A DNA stretch of 64,000 nt from the NCBI GenBank assembly GCA_040285745.1, contig JAUFOR010000006.1, positions 496,001 to 560,000 of the forward strand, in the 5' to 3' direction. This stretch comes from Barthelona sp. PCE (Eukaryota). This document shows, piece by piece, positions 61,301 to 64,000 of the stretch. Each line of letters opens with the position of its first letter. Within the stretch, counting starts at the first letter, position 1. The notes beneath the pieces are model-generated. The model was not told the origin of the DNA. It ran no database searches and was given only the letters and a program-made list of their open reading frames with translations. Position numbers and translations under genes: made by a program.

Positions 61301-62611
61301 GAAGCTGTTGTTGAGTATATCAATGCAATCAACGAAGAGCGTACCGCCAAACACCGTCAGTTACTTGAGGAACAGAAGGAGCGTGAGCGTGAGGAACTGG
61401 AAAAAGCTCAAGTTAAGAAGCTTTCTGATGCTGCCAACGAGAACCACCTTCTTGAAGATGGTGAGGTTGATAACGCACCTGTTACAATGGAAGCAGTTGA
61501 GGAAGAGAAAGAAATCGTGTTGACAGAGGAAGATCTAGAGAAAGTACAACTTCAGGTTGGACCAGCCAAGATGTCGCTTATTGTTAATGAGTTGAACAAG
61601 CCCAACAGTCTTTATTGGTCTAACAATATGATGTTCCACTCTCCTACACCAGACGAAGTGTTTACAATTGCTGCTGGCAATCCAATTAGCTACTATCAAA
61701 TCGTTACCGTCACAATCGTAAAACAGCTCAACCAAGAAATATACGATTCATCAATGATTGAGTACGCCTGTATCTGTGACGATGCGCCTCTTTCGGGTCG
61801 CATCATGTTGCGGAACACTGTCGAACGCTACACAAAGGTTCGTGCTCGAATTGATATTAATACTTTTAACGCACGTCGTTTCAGTGTTAACTTCTTTGAG
61901 TACTCTGAAGAAGAAGAAGCTATGGATACCATGAGCAGTAAGCATATTCGTATCAAGTGTTACGATATCATGCATCCTAAATTCTTTAACGTTACAGGTG
62001 TTGAAGCTCGTGAACGTCTTTTGAGTGATGAGGCACTGCAGTACCTAATCCGCCCATCTGCTATGCCTGATACAGTCGTTGTTTCTGTTCGTTATGCCAA
62101 GGATATCATTGCAAACTATCGCTTTGGTATTCGTAAGGATCGTAAAACTGGTGCATTCACATTTACATACGAGAATGAGACATATGATTCTGTAGATAAC
62201 ATTGCTTCAAGATTTATCGCTTCGCTTTTGCGTCAGTTCAACGCTTGCTTCTATCACCCCAAATTTTGTCCTTCTACAACAGTTGAGGAGGTCAAGGATC
62301 ATTTGAAACAGATGGTTGAATTCAAAGAAGGTAGTCACAGCGAATGGTGTCTTGCGGTCGTTAAAGAATATCCAGGTGAAATTTGCATGTTTGTTTATGC
62401 TGGTGAGTTCCGTACACCAGTTACATTACGTGCTGTTGTTTCTCACAAGGGTTTCCTGTTTGAAAACCAATCTTATAACCATATTAAGCTACTAATCAAA
62501 GGTTTCAAAAACACAATTAGAACTAGAGCCAGTTCTATTACTCAACAGCCTACTGGTATGGTTCCTGTCGAGGAACCTGCTGCTGTGGAAGAAGAGGAAT
62601 GGTCTTGGTAA
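58319..62611 (+). CDS. SPT6: Transcription elongation factor / histone chaperone SPT6 (divergent)
   Basis: Acidic N-terminus, LWRFYD, RRAITAALYLQSPL, VGVDI, MDCFRIHPDDY and C-terminal tandem SH2-like region (IMHPKFFNV, IRPS, YDSVDNIASRFI). Confidence 0.85.
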   Translation: MSEDEHISTETGPQELEEQPETQEQPNEPEAEKFSGEVEADELEQADDKIQGIELDDSDNEEDDANLLTKTAFVFDELDDAATRSAYFKEQAEGQIDRDMAEEEEGQEDEELVEEYIEPQALLTTGHVDATLARFFDKSMYHHPIIESAKTPVVPAPPMPTVEEQAKEQAEVEKTASVLREQNIDEVVDFMKNYLFELRYRKEIHMTMMSGMNIWDNTDELFYKNVEKFLRILVDYKWSLLEPEYLRIYQTDEINEIFEFFGYEPIISNMDLRTQNYLSGLRLWRFYDIMEMVVPLKQQKTEFTQLVKQYIFPDCGEEGIFPKTLQEKYRTVIIDKVKSVYVMHDLQDKFYPMNEDILSVFTLFPHEISENIEVGTLIHEPKLQGTLETDMSFSMSEETVSEIVINKYVECLVKDISIRNVTRDLFIKNSSIKMKGDSIPEFLKGEYNFVDLFAPLSGQIIGLVGEITNLIHLGQANIEIIVTKEQRQNLFNTVMAASSNSEMQYLHKTMRKVWGRALKKLHNYHVKTIKGLILEEGERQLILELQNSYRELSLIAPFNTQSFPGHVIGAYVQDSRFYRSKTGGDLVFLNQQGVVDDHFTLPNAIPKMSLNQKRPLLTKLQERCKSEENRIVAIAVAVDSLDTLRLINNLFSFVMDFPNAIEIVPVPVISLPNSSFNNLFITDANFSLDSEAKRRAITAALYLQSPLFLYSLVEASNRGIIAAQHSKYFTSFNTKRIKNEGLMCEALERATSDALLAVGVDIIDKDQFSRFVPLLPGVPRTIANSLAFDDDATTRSKILKKLTPSVAKSVATAIRSSLSPAQIRNHDISSYDLMDCFRIHPDDYDLIRGFMQFTIEKSDELLSSEQEQNKKLLESLEMSLKDQEDARDDADQQYGELKTQLEQLQAQPQPANTWSMDDDHDPDAMQRISIQNQLNAKSEELNQLAMDCDSLRQNILALKDEASKFTEIPQRNKKHVVQDYILREGKHIPQRVTEEAVVEYINAINEERTAKHRQLLEEQKEREREELEKAQVKKLSDAANENHLLEDGEVDNAPVTMEAVEEEKEIVLTEEDLEKVQLQVGPAKMSLIVNELNKPNSLYWSNNMMFHSPTPDEVFTIAAGNPISYYQIVTVTIVKQLNQEIYDSSMIEYACICDDAPLSGRIMLRNTVERYTKVRARIDINTFNARRFSVNFFEYSEEEEAMDTMSSKHIRIKCYDIMHPKFFNVTGVEARERLLSDEALQYLIRPSAMPDTVVVSVRYAKDIIANYRFGIRKDRKTGAFTFTYENETYDSVDNIASRFIASLLRQFNACFYHPKFCPSTTVEEVKDHLKQMVEFKEGSHSEWCLAVVKEYPGEICMFVYAGEFRTPVTLRAVVSHKGFLFENQSYNHIKLLIKGFKNTIRTRASSITQQPTGMVPVEEPAAVEEEEWSW

Positions 62612-62661
62612 TAACTTTCAAGAAAAGTCAAGTAAAAAGTCAGTTCACTGAAAGCAGCAGT

Positions 62662-63624
62662 TTATTTACGACCTCTGTTACCCTTACCACCTCTCTTAGA
62701 GTTGATACGTTGTTGTTTACGTTGTTCTTGTTGCATATGAATACCAGTAGCCTTTTTCATATCCATACCCATGGATTCTCTATCAATCTTCCTTAATAAA
62801 CGCTGTTGGATCTTCTCTTCTTCTTCTTGCCCAAGGTTCTTCTTGTTCTTTCGGATACGTCTAGGCTCATTCTTTACCTCTCGATCGAACTCACCCATTG
62901 AAGCTGTAGCAAATTGAGCATTCTTTAGAGCCTTCTTCATCTGTTGCTTAGCAAGAGCACCCTTTTGCTTTGTTTTACGAAGAGCATGACTGACAAGACC
63001 TGTTGTACCAGGTTGTGCATTTTTGACCATTCTCCTCAAGTTTGCATCTTCACGTTTCTTTTGATTGCGGACACGAGTGCGTTTTTCCTCTTCACGTAGT
63101 GTGAAACCGTCAACTGTCTGACCTGGTTTAACTGCTATAGCAATATCATCAGGGGTGACTTCTTGTTTACCAAATCTACGTTCGTGTTTGCCCGTTTCAG
63201 GGTTGTACTCAAAAGGCGTCCTGCTCTTTTTGTTCTTAATACCCTTAGACTCAGCGAATTTCTCCCACCTGGTCTTCTCAGGAGCTACTGGTACTGGTTT
63301 CTCACGAGGAATGTTTTGTACTGGATATGGGAGATCCACGATCTTACCCTGTTCTGTCTTGCGATCAGAAACAGGTAAATTAAACATCTCATTGCTTAAA
63401 AGCTGCACTAAATTACGTGCATGATTCTGCATATTCAATTCTCTGTGTTCTTCTTGGAAGAATGCTGGGATGATATCACTACCATCAAAGCAAGTGAAAT
63501 TACCAAGATCTGACTCGTAAGTTGCAATTTCAGGGTGCAAAATCTCAGTAAGTTCCATTTGCTGGCTTTTGTGTGCTGCTAGGATACCACTTACATCCAT
63601 TGCTGTTTCATTTGTGCCTTCCAT
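62662..63624 (-). CDS. RRS1: Ribosome biogenesis regulatory protein RRS1
   Basis: DLGNF..FD, ARNLVQLL...MFNLP, IPREKPVP....TRWEKFAESKGI, ATASMGEFD. Confidence 0.92.
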   Translation of the reverse strand: MEGTNETAMDVSGILAAHKSQQMELTEILHPEIATYESDLGNFTCFDGSDIIPAFFQEEHRELNMQNHARNLVQLLSNEMFNLPVSDRKTEQGKIVDLPYPVQNIPREKPVPVAPEKTRWEKFAESKGIKNKKSRTPFEYNPETGKHERRFGKQEVTPDDIAIAVKPGQTVDGFTLREEEKRTRVRNQKKREDANLRRMVKNAQPGTTGLVSHALRKTKQKGALAKQQMKKALKNAQFATASMGEFDREVKNEPRRIRKNKKNLGQEEEEKIQQRLLRKIDRESMGMDMKKATGIHMQQEQRKQQRINSKRGGKGNRGRK

Positions 63625-64000
63625 TGTGCCCCTTAATGTGTGAAATATGTGAAAAGGTAGAAAAACGCAAAAGTAATTTCCTTTACTGTATTTCAAATAA
63701 TTTTCCTTGGAATCCAGAATTTAACTTTACTTTGGGTACGGATACAATGTATAATATTAGCATAAAGCTTTCTGTAACAAGATAAAAATGATATTGCATA
63801 ATTCGCAACACTGTACATCGTTGGGTATCAGACAGGCGAACACCAACGGAACAGTTGAACCTTAGATATGTGTTATATAGCATGTAACTCTATCGTAGTT
63901 TGATTTATGTTTCTTGAACACAACAGGAAAGTGATTCCCCTAGAATATGGTAGTTTATGTCATAATCGTGGAATAAATATGCCTGAAACTAAAAGTTTGA

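Noticed and set aside
9854-62662. Stop codon fused with a TAAA/AATAAA polyadenylation signal
   Set aside because: Only about 6 of 16 TAA stops I checked are followed by A, close to expectation for AT-rich DNA.
1-64000. Alternative genetic code (TAA/TAG read as Gln), tRNA/rRNA genes, CRISPR arrays
   Set aside because: Conserved proteins end at TAA, TAG and TGA at expected positions. No cloverleaf, rRNA-like or repeat-spacer pattern was seen in the short intergenic regions.

Overview
Gene-dense, intron-poor, AT-rich (roughly 30-45% GC by hand counts) nuclear DNA of a flagellated microbial eukaryote using the standard genetic code. It is not bacterial: it carries PDS5, condensin-II CAP-H2, MLH1, SPT6, RRS1, NOB1, RPL12, RPN13, V-ATPase d, PI3K, pecanex, CDKL, MNS1, FOR20, RJL and a divergent Sam50. 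Prokaryote-like flavoredoxin and SatP/YaaH genes, the reduced Sam50 and short GTATGT...GCTYAC-N3-TAG introns suggest an anaerobic, possibly metamonad-like protist (inference). The dominant anomaly is a pair of 2,743-bp near-identical, GC-rich (about 58-78% in sampled lines) inverted repeats at 31175-33917 and 49641-52383. Each arm is a divergent amino-acid-transporter/flavoredoxin gene pair, and the arms enclose a 15.7-kb, 12-gene single-copy segment. Both identity and high GC stop within 2-3 codons of the stop codons, which fits ongoing GC-biased gene conversion and a potentially invertible segment better than a fresh insertion. A second theme is short spliceosomal introns clustered at or just before start codons. 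All family assignments are from motif recognition, not database searches.
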